A stretch of DNA of 64,000 nt from NCBI GenBank assembly GCA_964195155.1, contig CAXMOP010000045.1, positions 23,636-87,635 on the forward strand, written 5' to 3'. Positions 18,420-28,732 of this stretch are shown piece after piece (within the stretch, counting starts at the first letter, position 1; each line of letters starts with the position of its first letter). Position numbers and translations under genes: made by a program. The notes beneath the pieces are model-generated. The model did not search any database. It was not told where the DNA came from and saw only the letters and a list, made by a program, of their open reading frames with translations. The stretch comes from an uncultured Kiloniellales bacterium (GTDB lineage Bacteria; Actinomycetota; Acidimicrobiia; Spongiisociales; UBA5794).

Positions 18420-18809
18420 ATGCCAGCCAGATTCGACGCCCTGGGAATTGTCGTCTCGGACATGGCTGCGTCGCTCACCTTCTATCGCCAACTCGGTCTC
18501 GAGTTCAGCGACGACGCGTCCGGCGAAGGCCACCTCGAAGCCACCCTTCCCGGCGGAACACGACTGATGCTCGACACCGAGGAAGTCATGGCCTCCTTCG
18601 ACCCCACGTTCCAGGCTCCCACCGGGGCAGGGCGGATCAGCCTGGCGTTTCACTGCGACTCGCCATCCGATGTCAACGGGCTGTATGCGGCCATGGTCGA
18701 TGCCGGCTACACCGGGGAGCGGGAGCCGTTCGACGCCTTCTGGGGCCAGCGGTACGCGACGGTGCTGGATCCCGATGGCAATGTCGTGGACCTGTTCGCC
18801 GTTCTGTGA
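18420..18809 (+). CDS. VOC/glyoxalase family protein
   Basis: FDALGIVVSDMAASLTFYRQLGLEF and C-terminal GNVVDLF. The start is moved to an internal ATG so it does not overlap dinB. Confidence 0.55.
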   Translation: MPARFDALGIVVSDMAASLTFYRQLGLEFSDDASGEGHLEATLPGGTRLMLDTEEVMASFDPTFQAPTGAGRISLAFHCDSPSDVNGLYAAMVDAGYTGEREPFDAFWGQRYATVLDPDGNVVDLFAVL

Positions 18810-18816
18810 GGCCGAC

Positions 18817-20655
18817 CTACTGCTGATAGATGTCGATTACCAGAGCGTCGTTTTCTGCAAGCACGACCTCACGCTTCACCTTGAGCGTCGGTGTCAATTG
18901 GCCGCCCTCGACGGTGAGATCCTCGGCAAGGATGCGGAACTCCCTGATCGACTCTGCCCGTGACACGGCCTCGTTAGCGCCATCGACTGCATCCTGGACT
19001 GCGGCCTCAAGGTCGGGATCGTCGATCAGCGCATCGAGCGTTGAGCTCGGTTTCTCGTTGGCGTGCGCCCAGGCGGGAAGCGCGTCCTCGTCGATCGTCA
19101 CCAGCGCCGCGATGAACGGCTGGGCGTCGCCGATGACCAGACATTGGCTGACCAGCGCCGAAGCCCGCAGCCGGTCCTCGAGCACCGCCGGTGCGACGTT
19201 CTTGCCGCCGGCGGTGATGAGGATTTCCTTCAGCCGTCCGGTGATGCGTAGATAGCCATCGGCGTCGAGTTCGCCGATGTCGCCCGAGTGGAACCAGCCA
19301 TCCGGCTCGATGGCGGCCCTCGTCGCCTCTTCGTTCCTCCAATAGTCGGCCATGACCCCGGCGCCCTTGATCATGACCTCACCGTCGTCGGCAATGCCGA
19401 TCGTGGTACCGGGGAGCGGGCGCCCGACGGTGCCGATTCTCTGCTCGTCGGTCGTGTTGATATTCGAGGCGCCCGTGGTCTCGGTGAGCCCGTACGCCTC
19501 GACGGGGGTGAGCCCGATGCCGCGGAAGAAGTGCCCGAGGCGGTTCCCGAGCGGGGCCGCGGACGAGATCGCATACACCAACTCGCCGCCGAAGACTTGG
19601 CGGAGCTTGCCATAGACCAGGCGGTCGAAAACAAAGTGCTGAGCCCTGGTGGTAAAGCCGATCCTTCCCTTGGCGATGCCCTCGGAATAGGCGATGGCCA
19701 CGTCGACGGCTCGGTCGAAGATCCCTCCCTTTCCCTCCGCATGGGCCTTCTGTACCGCTCCGTTGTACACCTTCTCAAAGACGCGGGGAACGGCGAACAG
19801 CCAGGTCGGCTTGACCATGGCCAGTTCCTCGAGCAGAGCGTCGACCGAGGATGCGTAGAAGATCTGTACCCCGGCGGCGATCGAGGTGATCTGGACGCTG
19901 CGCGAGGCAATGTGGGCGAGCGGTAGGAAGAGGAGGGTGCGCTCACCAGTTCGCATCATCGCGGGAACAGTGGCGTCGAGCTGGGCAATCCCGTAAGCCA
20001 GGTTGCCGTGGCTGAGCATCACTCCCTTGGGGCGCCCGGTTGTTCCCGAGGTGTAGACGAGGGTTGCCAGGTCACCGTGGTTGATCTCCTCGATCCGATG
20101 GTCGACTTCTGTGCGTAACAGGTCCGTTGCACCGTTGACGAGATGGTCCATCGCCCCATCGTCGATGACGAGCGCGTGTCGGCAGGCCGGCAGCTGCTCG
20201 GCAACCGTGTCGTACATGGCCTTCATCGCCTCGGTCTCACAGATCAGCACGAGGGACTCCGAGTCGCCGACGATCCATTCGAGTTGTTCGGTCGACGATG
20301 TCGGGAAGATGGTCACCGTTGCCGCTCCGGCGGCCCAGATCGCATAATCGAGAAGCGTGAACTCGTACCGGGTCGAACAGAAAATGGCCACGCGGTCGCC
20401 CTTTTGCAAACCGAGGGCCAGGAGGCCGGCCGCCAGTTCCTTGACCGTCGAGTGCATCTCACCAACGGTGATGTGCGCGAATCCGTCTCCGACGCGATAG
20501 CTCAGGGCGATACTGCCGGGATCCTCGCTTGCTCGCTTTGCCAGCAGCGAGACCGGATTATCGGTCGGGCCGATCGTCTGCTCCCCCGGTGTGGTGAAGG
20601 TGTGCACCGCTTCGCCTCTCTGTGTGCCTGAACCAGAGTGTATGGGGCCGCTCAC
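18817..20655 (-). CDS. Long-chain fatty-acid--CoA ligase (AMP-dependent synthetase)
   Basis: AMP-binding motif LVYTSGTTGRPKGVMLSHGNL, plus GYGLTET and ITGRLKEIL motifs. Confidence 0.8.
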   Translation of the reverse strand: MSGPIHSGSGTQRGEAVHTFTTPGEQTIGPTDNPVSLLAKRASEDPGSIALSYRVGDGFAHITVGEMHSTVKELAAGLLALGLQKGDRVAIFCSTRYEFTLLDYAIWAAGAATVTIFPTSSTEQLEWIVGDSESLVLICETEAMKAMYDTVAEQLPACRHALVIDDGAMDHLVNGATDLLRTEVDHRIEEINHGDLATLVYTSGTTGRPKGVMLSHGNLAYGIAQLDATVPAMMRTGERTLLFLPLAHIASRSVQITSIAAGVQIFYASSVDALLEELAMVKPTWLFAVPRVFEKVYNGAVQKAHAEGKGGIFDRAVDVAIAYSEGIAKGRIGFTTRAQHFVFDRLVYGKLRQVFGGELVYAISSAAPLGNRLGHFFRGIGLTPVEAYGLTETTGASNINTTDEQRIGTVGRPLPGTTIGIADDGEVMIKGAGVMADYWRNEEATRAAIEPDGWFHSGDIGELDADGYLRITGRLKEILITAGGKNVAPAVLEDRLRASALVSQCLVIGDAQPFIAALVTIDEDALPAWAHANEKPSSTLDALIDDPDLEAAVQDAVDGANEAVSRAESIREFRILAEDLTVEGGQLTPTLKVKREVVLAENDALVIDIYQQ

Positions 20656-20883
20656 TACCGTGTCGTCATGGACGGCATCGACATATTCGACCTCAATCGA
20701 CTGCTCGTCCTGATGCTGCTGGCGATCGGCCTTGCCCTCGTCGCCGGGAACGGTTTCGCCATTCTGCAGGCGCGACGGGGCCGCAAGCCAAAGGACGAGG
20801 CAGGCGAGTTCAGGCCGGCCAGGGCGTGGTGGCTGTTCGGAGTCGGCCTGGTGATGACCGTCTGGGGCCTGGCCAGCCTGTGA
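20638..20883 (+). CDS. Hypothetical small membrane protein
   Basis: Two TM segments (LVLMLLAIGLALVAG and WWLFGVGLVMTVWGLA). Start uncertain. Confidence 0.3.
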   Translation: MYGAAHYRVVMDGIDIFDLNRLLVLMLLAIGLALVAGNGFAILQARRGRKPKDEAGEFRPARAWWLFGVGLVMTVWGLASL

Positions 20884-20886
20884 ACC

Positions 20887-20938
20887 GTTCTTGCGTAGCA
20901 GACGGCCATATATCGCTCCTGGCTACGCAAGAACGGGA
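20887..20938. terminator. Perfect 15-bp inverted repeat hairpin (ccgttcttgcgtagc...gctacgcaagaacgg), terminator/regulatory-like
   Basis: Seen directly. A 15-bp perfect stem with a 22-nt loop lies 3' of the small ORF and upstream of tRNA-Gly. Confidence 0.4.
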
Positions 20939-20971
20939 GGGGCGGCCCCTCGCTAGCATTTGTCGACCACC

Positions 20972-21042
20972 GCGGGTGTAGTTCAATGGCAGAACATCAG
21001 CTTCCCAAGCTGAATACGGGGGTTCGATTCCCCTCACCCGCT
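20972..21042 (+). tRNA. tRNA-Gly (anticodon CCC)
   Basis: Cloverleaf: acceptor GCGGGTG/CACCCGC, D-arm GTTC..GAAC, anticodon stem TCAGC/GCTGA with loop TTCCCAA, T-arm GGGGG-TTCGATT-CCCCT. 71 nt. Confidence 0.8.
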
Positions 21043-21044
21043 CA

Positions 21045-21974
21045 ATGAGAGTTGCCGCCGCCCAAACCGCCCCCGTATGGGGAGACCCGCAGGCCACGGC
21101 CGATGTCGTGGTCGACTGGGTTCGCAAAGCCGCGGCCGACGATGTCGATCTGCTCGCTTTCGGCGAGACGTTCCTGAGCGGATACCCCTTCTGGATCGCC
21201 CGTACCGACGGAGCGCGCTTCAACGCCCCCGATCAGAAGGAGGCGTACGCTCACTACATCAACGGGGCCGTAGACGTCGACGGACCAGAGATCGAATCGA
21301 TCGCCGCCGTCGTCGCCGAGACTGGGGTGTTCACCTATCTCGGCATCACCGAGCGCTCAGCGAGCGGAGGCACGGTCTACGCCACCTACCTCGCCATCGA
21401 CCCGACCGCGGGCGTCGTCAGTGCGCATCGCAAGCTCATGCCGACCTACGAAGAGCGCATGGCGTGGGGAATCGGTGACGGCAACGGGTTGCGGACGCAT
21501 CGCGTCGCCGACTTCACGGTGTCGGGACTCAACTGCTGGGAGAACTGGGTGCCATCGGTCCGCCACGCGATGTACGCGCAGGGAACGACGCTGCACGTCG
21601 CCGCCTGGCCGGGATCGGTCCGGCTGACTGAGGACATCACACGGTTCATCGCACTCGAGGGACGTTGCTATGTGCTCTCAGCGGGAGGACTGCTGCGCGC
21701 CGAGTCGATTCCTACCGACTTCCCTCTCCGTGATGAAGCAGTTCAGCCCGGGGAGTTGCTCTTCGACGGCGGTTCCGCAATCGCTTCTCCTGACGGTTCC
21801 TGGCTCGTCGAACCGGTCGCCGGTGACGAACGGCTCGTGATCGCCGAAATCGACGCCGCCGTCGTCCGGGGCGAGCGGCAGAACTTCGACCCCGCCGGAC
21901 ACTATTTCCGCGGCGACGTCATCGAGGTGCACGTCGACCGGACGCGCCGCGACCCGGCGTCATTCACCGACTAG
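21045..21974 (+). CDS. Carbon-nitrogen hydrolase (nitrilase family)
   Basis: [14 protein letters not shown], catalytic Glu in AFGETF, catalytic Cys in LNCWENW. Confidence 0.75.
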   Translation: MRVAAAQTAPVWGDPQATADVVVDWVRKAAADDVDLLAFGETFLSGYPFWIARTDGARFNAPDQKEAYAHYINGAVDVDGPEIESIAAVVAETGVFTYLGITERSASGGTVYATYLAIDPTAGVVSAHRKLMPTYEERMAWGIGDGNGLRTHRVADFTVSGLNCWENWVPSVRHAMYAQGTTLHVAAWPGSVRLTEDITRFIALEGRCYVLSAGGLLRAESIPTDFPLRDEAVQPGELLFDGGSAIASPDGSWLVEPVAGDERLVIAEIDAAVVRGERQNFDPAGHYFRGDVIEVHVDRTRRDPASFTD

Positions 21975-22026
21975 GAGACTCGAGTCCGGCCGGAGCCGCG
22001 GACATCGATCGCTACCATCGCCGCCG

Positions 22027-22596
22027 ATGATCTTCTCCGACCGGACCATCCGCGAGGCCATCGAATCCGGACGCATTCGCCTCGATCCGTACGACCCCTC
22101 GTTGGTGCAGCCGTCGAGCGTCGACGTGCGCTGCGACAACCGATTCCGAGTGTTCGAGAACCACCGCTACGCGCATATCGACCCGAAATCGCCACAGGCC
22201 GATCTCACCACCGAAGTGAAGACCTCCGAGTCGGACCCGTTCATCCTCCATCCCGGCGAGTTCGTCCTCGGTGCCACCCTGGAGACGGTTGGCCTCGGGA
22301 ACGACGTCGTTGCAAGGCTCGAAGGCAAATCGTCCCTCGGTCGCCTCGGTCTGCTCATCCATTCCACGGCCGGCTTTATCGATCCGGGTTTCACCGGGCA
22401 GGTGACCCTGGAGTTGTCGAACGCGGCGAACCTGCCGATCACCATCTACCCGGGGATGAAGATCGGCCAAATCAGCTTCTACGAGATGACCACCGCCGCC
22501 GACCACCCATACGGATCGCCGGAGCTCGGGTCCAAATACCAGGGACAGAGCGGGCCGACGGCGAGCCGGATGCACAGCGACTTCGAGGAGGACTGA
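22027..22596 (+). CDS. dcd: dCTP deaminase
   Basis: [12 protein letters not shown]...[14 protein letters not shown]...[15 protein letters not shown], typical of Dcd. Confidence 0.85.
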   Translation: MIFSDRTIREAIESGRIRLDPYDPSLVQPSSVDVRCDNRFRVFENHRYAHIDPKSPQADLTTEVKTSESDPFILHPGEFVLGATLETVGLGNDVVARLEGKSSLGRLGLLIHSTAGFIDPGFTGQVTLELSNAANLPITIYPGMKIGQISFYEMTTAADHPYGSPELGSKYQGQSGPTASRMHSDFEED

Positions 22597-22597
22597 G

Positions 22598-22954
22598 ATG
22601 GCGGAGACGCCGAGGGTCAGCGCAATCATGATGGATTGCAACGACATGGAGGCGATGGTGGAGTTCTGGGGGGCGCTACTTGATTTGGAGGTGGCGGGCC
22701 GCTATCCCGAGTTCGTTTTCATGAGCAAGGTCAACGGCGATGGTCCCACCCTCGGATTCCAGATCGTGCCGGAAGCCAAAGCGGTCAAGAACCGGGTGCA
22801 TCTCGACCTCGCCTCGCCTGACCGAGAGGCCGTGGTGGAGCGGGTGATTGAGCTCGGCGGCAAGCGGCTCGCCGATCACGGCGACGATGCGTTCAAGTGG
22901 ATCACCTGCGCCGACAGCCAGGGCAACGAGTTCGACGTGGCAGACGCCGAGTAG
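22598..22954 (+). CDS. VOC/glyoxalase family protein
   Basis: 118 aa, HLDLASPDREA... Its start ATG overlaps the dcd stop. Confidence 0.55.
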   Translation: MAETPRVSAIMMDCNDMEAMVEFWGALLDLEVAGRYPEFVFMSKVNGDGPTLGFQIVPEAKAVKNRVHLDLASPDREAVVERVIELGGKRLADHGDDAFKWITCADSQGNEFDVADAE

Positions 22955-23021
22955 AAAGCGGCCGATCGGGCTGTCGTAGACCATCGATCGAGACTCCGTT
23001 GGCTAGCTGAACCGACTCGAT

Positions 23022-24458
23022 CTATGGACCACGATCGATGGAGTACAACGTGACCGGCTCGGCGACGTTCTTGAGGTCGCGCTCGCCGAGCAGGGTGGCG
23101 GTCAGGCCTTCCTTGTTCTTGATATTCTCGTACACGACCGCCGAAACGCCGATCCCGCCCGGAGGGGCCTCGGCCTCGATGCGGGAAGCGATGTTGACCC
23201 CGTCGCCATGGATGTCGCCGTCGGCATGGATGACCTCGCCGAGATGGATCCCGATACGAAGCTGGAACCGGCCATCGTCTGAGACGGCCCTCTGGATGTC
23301 CTGCGCCGAGGCGACGGCGTCCATCACCGAAGCGAAACTGGCGAGTACCCCGTCGCCGGTCTCCTTGAGCATCCGGCCGCGGTTCCCTGCGAACGCAGTG
23401 CGGTGGATCCTGCCGTTGGCCTCGAGGATCTTCATGGTGGAGGCCTCGTCCTCGCCCATCATGGCGGTAAAGCCGACGATGTCGGAAAACAGGATCGCGG
23501 CGAGCTGCCGATCTTTTGACCCGCTGCCGGTGCGGATGGCTTCGTCGAGGTAGTGGCGCTTTCCGCTGAGTGCGCTCTGATACTCGTCCTTCGACAGAAT
23601 GTTCTCATCGAGCCGGAAGTCGGTGCGGAGCAGGTTGTCGAAGAACGCCTCGAGCCGATCCGCATCGTTCCTCACGCCTTCGCGCATGAAGTGAGTGTCG
23701 ATGTTGATGCAGATGGCTCCGACCAGTCCGTACTCGGGGCGAAAGATCGGAATCGTGGTGCACTTGAACTGCCGGGCGCCGATGTTGAGCTCGTAGTTGA
23801 CCTTGTCCTCGCCGCGCTGACGGCGGGTCTTGAGGTCGAGGACGAGGTTCGTTGCACCACTCCCCACCGATCGGCCCGTCACCTCACCGTTCTCGATGGC
23901 AACCAGGGAGCGTGATGGATTGACCAGGTTATGGAGCAGGATCTCGATGCCGGTGTGAGGGAAAGAACGGCCGAGCTGGTTGACGATCCGCCGGTAGTTC
24001 TCGAGGAATTGTTCATTCTCTGAGATCAACGAATCGCCGCCATACGCAGAGTACAGCGCCTTGTACCGGGTCAGCGCGTCGCTGGTGAACGTGTCGCGGA
24101 CCAGATTCTGCTCACCGATGACGATGAGCTCGCGAGCCGCCGTCTCCTTTCGATCCTCGAGGAAATACATCACTGCCTCGTCGAAGTCGTCCGCGTTGAA
24201 TTCGACATGGCCGTCGGGATTGATCACGAATGGGTAGAAGCCATACTCCTCGAGGCGCTTCTGGCCGGCAGCGTCGGCCGGATCCGCTGTTCTCGACTTG
24301 GTCCTGGCGCCGGTGATGTATGCGCCGACCCCCACTGCGATCACGATCACCGTGAATAATCCGATGAGTAACGGGTCCACCGATCCGACCTCCTCGAGGT
24401 CGATTCTACGCAACTGCCTCCGGCTCGGCGGCCGGGATCTTGGCAGGACCGACCGCAC
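23022..24458 (-). CDS. Membrane-anchored class III adenylate/guanylate cyclase with central sensor domain
   Basis: The C-terminal CHD carries ILFSDIVGFTAMMGE...GDGVLASF...RIGIHLGEV. An N-terminal TM (LLIGLFTVIVIAVGVGAYI) is present, with a ~200-aa central domain. Confidence 0.75.
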   Translation of the reverse strand: MRSVLPRSRPPSRRQLRRIDLEEVGSVDPLLIGLFTVIVIAVGVGAYITGARTKSRTADPADAAGQKRLEEYGFYPFVINPDGHVEFNADDFDEAVMYFLEDRKETAARELIVIGEQNLVRDTFTSDALTRYKALYSAYGGDSLISENEQFLENYRRIVNQLGRSFPHTGIEILLHNLVNPSRSLVAIENGEVTGRSVGSGATNLVLDLKTRRQRGEDKVNYELNIGARQFKCTTIPIFRPEYGLVGAICINIDTHFMREGVRNDADRLEAFFDNLLRTDFRLDENILSKDEYQSALSGKRHYLDEAIRTGSGSKDRQLAAILFSDIVGFTAMMGEDEASTMKILEANGRIHRTAFAGNRGRMLKETGDGVLASFASVMDAVASAQDIQRAVSDDGRFQLRIGIHLGEVIHADGDIHGDGVNIASRIEAEAPPGGIGVSAVVYENIKNKEGLTATLLGERDLKNVAEPVTLYSIDRGP

Positions 24459-25296
24459 CGGCCCCGGCTACGACACCTCCTGCGATGACCAGAGCGATCC
24501 CGATCCAGGTCAGCGGCTGTGGCGACTCGTCGAGGAACAGCGCCGCCCACACCACTGCCGATGCCGGCTCGAGATACATGATCACCGAAACAACGGCAAC
24601 CGGGAGCTTTGCCATCGAACTCCACCAGATCACGCCGGACAGGCCCGTGAAGATCACACCCAGGATCAGGAACTCGCCCATGAATTCATACGATTCTCGT
24701 ATGGCCTGCACGGTGAACGGGAACAGAACGACCGCGGCGGCGAGCGACTCCCACATCGCCACGGTGAGGCCGCCGAGCGCCGCAGCGGTCGGCTTGCCGA
24801 TCACAAACAGTGCCGCCAACAGCACGGCTGACACCAAACCGACCAAGACCCCCTCCAGTGTCGCTCCCGCACCGGGGCGCACCACCAGCAGCATCCCGCC
24901 GGCGGCGAGAACGAGCCCGACCCAAGCGGAGGCCCGGTTCTCTTCGCCGAGCACCGGCACCGACACCAGCGCTGCCAGGATCGGGCCGATATAGACGACC
25001 GCCAGGGCCACAGCAACGGTCGTCAGCTGGATGGCGAGGAAGAACGTCAGCCAGTGGATTGCCAGCAGAACCCCGAGCACCACCACGCGGAGGCGATTGG
25101 TCTTGGGGACGGCGAAGCGCCCCGTCGCCAGTGCCACCCCAACCAGGAACAAGCCGCCGAGGGTGACGCGCATGGCGACCAGGTGCGTCGCAGGGATCCC
25201 GGCGCGCACGATCAGGGGAATGGCGCCAAACGAGATCGCGAGCAAGGCGATCGCCATCGCGGCAATGGCTCGCTGATTCGTGTCGTACTCATGCAT
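24406..25296 (-). CDS. EamA/DMT family transporter
   Basis: 10-TM profile. Two EamA-like halves. Confidence 0.65.
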   Translation of the reverse strand: MHEYDTNQRAIAAMAIALLAISFGAIPLIVRAGIPATHLVAMRVTLGGLFLVGVALATGRFAVPKTNRLRVVVLGVLLAIHWLTFFLAIQLTTVAVALAVVYIGPILAALVSVPVLGEENRASAWVGLVLAAGGMLLVVRPGAGATLEGVLVGLVSAVLLAALFVIGKPTAAALGGLTVAMWESLAAAVVLFPFTVQAIRESYEFMGEFLILGVIFTGLSGVIWWSSMAKLPVAVVSVIMYLEPASAVVWAALFLDESPQPLTWIGIALVIAGGVVAGAGAVGPAKIPAAEPEAVA

Positions 25297-25396
25297 AGAT
25301 GCTCATCAATATGTTACTGGGCCAGCCGGCCCCATTCCGCGGGCCCGCAGCGTCATATGTCCGCCTACGAACCCTGGGTTCGTAGAGGAGGAGCCC

Positions 25397-26755
25397 TCAC
25401 GCCACCGGGACGTCGCGGCCCATGTCGGCGAAGAGGGTGAACTCCGGAAGGAACGTCATCTGCACCTTGCCGACCGCCCCCTGGCGGTGCTTGGCTATGA
25501 CGATCTCGGCGATGCCCTTGGTGTCGTTGTGGTCCGGGCTGTAGTACTCGTCGCGGTAGATGAACATGACGACGTCGGCATCTTGTTCCAACGCGCCGCT
25601 CTCGCGAAGGTCCCCAAGGCGTGGCCGCTTATCCTCGCGTTGCTCCAACGCCCGGTTGAGTTGGGAGAGGGCAATGACCGGCACCTCGAGCTCCCGGGCC
25701 AGGTTCTTGAGTGAGCGCGAGATCAGTGCGATCTCCTGCTGGCGGTTCTCGCCACCGCTGCCGTGCATCAGCTGCAAGTAGTCGACGACCACCAGGCCGA
25801 GGCCGGGGTTGCGGCGCAGCCGTCTCGACTTGGCGCGGATCTCGGTGACGGTGAGGCCGGGGGAGTCGTCGACGTATATCGGCTTCTTGTACAGGACGCT
25901 GGCGGCGTTGGACAGCTTGGTGAAATCGGCCTCATTGAGCCGTCCGGTGTTGAGTTTCTGCAGGTCGATGCGCCCGGCAGAGCACAACATCCTCGAAACC
26001 ACCTCCTCCCGGCTCATCTCCAAGGAGAAGATGGCGACCGGCTTGCCTTGCAGCGCGACGTTCTGGGCGATGTTCAGCGCCAGTGCCGACTTCCCCATGG
26101 ACGGCCGGGCGGCGATGATGATCAGGTTGGTGGAGTGGAGGCCGGCGAGTTTGCGGTCGAGATCGCGATACCCGGTGGGGATGCCGGTCACCTCGGCCCC
26201 GACGCGTTGCAACTCCTCGGCCTTCTCGATGGCCGGGCCGAGTAACGGGTCGATCGGTGCCAGACCGCCGCCGATGCGCCGCTCGGACACCAGGAAGACT
26301 TCCTGCTCCGAGCGGTCGAGCACGTCGGCGATCGGCTCCTGCATCTCCGTTGCGAGGGACCCGATCGTGCCCCCGACCCGCATCAGGCGCCGGCGGAGGG
26401 CATGCTCCTCGACGATGTCGGCGTAGTACTCGATATTCGAGGTCGTCGGCACCGTGTCGAGGAGCCGGGTGAGAAATTCGACGCCGCCCATGCGCTCGAG
26501 TGAACCGTCGCGGCGCAGCACCTCAGACACCGTCACCGCGTCGATGGGCTCGTTGGCATCGAACAGGCCCTGGATGGCCTCAAAGATCTGCTGATGCGCC
26601 GGCTTGTAGAAATCCTCTCCGTGCAGCTTCTCCAGGGCGATGTTGGCTGCGTCTGCAGACAGCAACACGGCGCCAAGCACTGATTCTTCTGCCTCGGAGC
26701 TGTGTGGTGCGGTGGGAAGCGCGCGGCTCATCGGGCGTTCGGCGACGCTGGTCAC
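25397..26755 (-). CDS. dnaB: Replicative DNA helicase DnaB
   Basis: N-terminal SEAEESVLGAVLL, Walker A ARPSMGKSALA, Walker B VVVDYLQLM. 452 aa, no intein. Confidence 0.9.
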   Translation of the reverse strand: MTSVAERPMSRALPTAPHSSEAEESVLGAVLLSADAANIALEKLHGEDFYKPAHQQIFEAIQGLFDANEPIDAVTVSEVLRRDGSLERMGGVEFLTRLLDTVPTTSNIEYYADIVEEHALRRRLMRVGGTIGSLATEMQEPIADVLDRSEQEVFLVSERRIGGGLAPIDPLLGPAIEKAEELQRVGAEVTGIPTGYRDLDRKLAGLHSTNLIIIAARPSMGKSALALNIAQNVALQGKPVAIFSLEMSREEVVSRMLCSAGRIDLQKLNTGRLNEADFTKLSNAASVLYKKPIYVDDSPGLTVTEIRAKSRRLRRNPGLGLVVVDYLQLMHGSGGENRQQEIALISRSLKNLARELEVPVIALSQLNRALEQREDKRPRLGDLRESGALEQDADVVMFIYRDEYYSPDHNDTKGIAEIVIAKHRQGAVGKVQMTFLPEFTLFADMGRDVPVA

Positions 26756-27031
26756 GAATCCTCCCTGTCCTCTCCTGGCCTGTTCCTCACACTGTCGCTA
26801 CCGGGTATGACAGAAACGCGTCAGACCACAGCGGGAAGTAAGGGAAGCGGAGTCAGTGTACGCGGCTCGCTCGAAGCGTTCCTCTCGGACCGCTTGATGT
26901 TTTTCGCGACGGGCCGCCGTCAACAGTCAACAGTCAACAGTCAACAGCGGGAAGGTATCGGAGAGTCGTCGCGCGTTCTGGCTGAAGACTGAAGACTGAA
27001 AGCTGAGGACTCCTTGCTGACTGACGACTTC

Positions 27032-27478
27032 CTACGCTGGGATCACATCCAGGGTGACGATGAACTCGACTTCGGGGTGCGGGCGGAGCGCAACCTCGTG
27101 CAGCCCAATCTCCTTGATCGGCGCATCGAGGGAAACCAGCTTCCGATCCACGTCGATCCCGGTGAACTTGGTGATCGCCGTGGCGATGTCGGCGTCGCTG
27201 ATCGAACCGAACAGCTTGCCCTCATCCCCCGCATGGGCGGCGACAACCACGCGGGTCCCCGTCAGAGACTGCGCGAACGTCTCCGCCTCGTCCCTGGCCA
27301 CACGCAGCGCTTCTTCGCGCGAGGCGCGCATCGCATCGGCCTGACGAAGCGCGCCGTCGGTGGCCTTCACCGCGAACTTACGCGGAACGAGGTAGTTACG
27401 CCCATAGCCGTCGGCGACCTCGACTACATCGCCCTTGTGCCCGAGGTCTTCGACGTCCGAGGTCAGGATGAGTTTCAT
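27032..27478 (-). CDS. rplI: 50S ribosomal protein L9
   Basis: [32 protein letters not shown]. The start is trimmed from the track's 283-aa ORF to the conserved MKLIL. Confidence 0.85.
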   Translation of the reverse strand: MKLILTSDVEDLGHKGDVVEVADGYGRNYLVPRKFAVKATDGALRQADAMRASREEALRVARDEAETFAQSLTGTRVVVAAHAGDEGKLFGSISDADIATAITKFTGIDVDRKLVSLDAPIKEIGLHEVALRPHPEVEFIVTLDVIPA

Positions 27479-27765
27479 CGCCGCGATTTCGAAGTGGCCT
27501 GCTTCGTGGACACGTAGGGCAGCAGCGCCATCTCTCTGGCATTCTTGATGGCGATCGCCACCTCGCTCTGTCGCTTCGCGCTCAACCCGGTGACCCGCCG
27601 GCCCCGGATCTTTCCCCTGTCGGACATGAACTTGCGCAGCAACGCGATGTCTTTGTAATCGACGTAGTCGTCCTCGGCGAAACGGTGGACGGTGCGCTTC
27701 CTGCGCCTCGTGTCGTCCTTTTCTTTTCGCCGCGAGGGCTGTCTCCGTGATCGTGCCTTGGCCAT
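27475..27765 (-). CDS. rpsR: 30S ribosomal protein S18
   Basis: [18 protein letters not shown]...[20 protein letters not shown]. 4-nt overlap with rplI. Confidence 0.9.
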   Translation of the reverse strand: MAKARSRRQPSRRKEKDDTRRRKRTVHRFAEDDYVDYKDIALLRKFMSDRGKIRGRRVTGLSAKRQSEVAIAIKNAREMALLPYVSTKQATSKSRR

Positions 27766-27792
27766 CGATATCTCCTCGGTCGAGCGCTTTGC

Positions 27793-28251
27793 CTAGAACG
27801 GCGCCTCGTCGGGCCCGTAGTCGGTGCGAGCGACCGGGGCGGCCGCGGGAACCTGTTCCTTGTTGCTGTTGTCGCCGGCCCACGCGCCATCACGCGGGGT
27901 CTTGGTGACGGTGGTGGTCGCCCAACGGACGGAAGGACCGATCTCTTTGATGTCGACCTCGACGATGGAGCGCTTGTCACCCTCCTGGGTTTCCCACTGC
28001 CGCTGCTGCAGCTCACCGACGACGATCACGCGAAGCCCCTTCGTGAGCGACTCGGCGACATTCTCGCCCATGTCGCGCCAACACGTGCCGCCGAAGAAGC
28101 TGGTCTCCTCTTGCCATTCACCATCGCGGTTCTGATATCGCTTGTTCACGGCGAAGCGGATTTTGGTCATCGCCACACCGGATGGCGTGAAGCGAAGCTC
28201 CGGGTCGTCGACGAGGTTGCCGATCAGGGTGACGCTGTTCACGTTGCTCAT
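27793..28251 (-). CDS. ssb: Single-stranded DNA-binding protein
   Basis: MSNVNSVTLIGNLVDDPELRFTPSGVAMTKIRFAVN, OB fold. A Gly/Pro-rich tail ends in DEAPF. Confidence 0.85.
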   Translation of the reverse strand: MSNVNSVTLIGNLVDDPELRFTPSGVAMTKIRFAVNKRYQNRDGEWQEETSFFGGTCWRDMGENVAESLTKGLRVIVVGELQQRQWETQEGDKRSIVEVDIKEIGPSVRWATTTVTKTPRDGAWAGDNSNKEQVPAAAPVARTDYGPDEAPF

Positions 28252-28320
28252 ATCGCTCTGCTCTCTTCTCTCTCTTGTGCCCCGCTGCCCCCGCATCATG
28301 ACGGGAGCCTGTGACACGCT

Positions 28321-28614
28321 TCAGCTCTCGCGGTCCACTCTGCGAAGAACCTTGTGTCGGACGACGGCGTCGGAAAGGCCCAGGGCCCGGTCGAGAGCCT
28401 CGACCAGGTTGATGTCGCCGCTGAAGTCGACCACCGAGTAATACCCCTCGGACATGTGGTCGATTTCGTAGGCGAATCGCTTCTTTCCCAGGTATTCGGT
28501 CCCGGCGACGGAACCGCTGGTGTCAATGGTCGCGGAGACTTCCTCGACCTGTTTTTGAACGTCGGCTTCGGCCATGTCGGGCCGGTGAATGATCGTCAGC
28601 TCATATGAGCGCAT
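28321..28614 (-). CDS. rpsF: 30S ribosomal protein S6
   Basis: MRSYELTIIHRPDM...KKRFAYEIDHMSEGYY. Confidence 0.85.
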   Translation of the reverse strand: MRSYELTIIHRPDMAEADVQKQVEEVSATIDTSGSVAGTEYLGKKRFAYEIDHMSEGYYSVVDFSGDINLVEALDRALGLSDAVVRHKVLRRVDRES

Positions 28615-28732
28615 GTCAGCTCCTCTGGACATCCCGTTGGGGAAGGCCCCGGCAAAAGGGCAGGACTATCGGATGTGACGCGAAGAGTAGCGGAGGGCGT
28701 CGCGTAGCCGAGTAGCCGAATATCCGGTACTC

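Noticed and set aside
17534-18826. 430-aa plus-strand ORF opposite dinB
   Set aside because: It is antisense to DNA polymerase IV (clear Y-family motifs) and low complexity.
20972-24458. tRNA-Gly-adjacent block (nitrilase, dcd, VOC, cyclase) as a possible integrated genomic island
   Set aside because: I found no integrase/recombinase, no phage or conjugation genes, no repeat of the tRNA 3' end and no evident compositional shift. The genes are ordinary metabolic/housekeeping functions.
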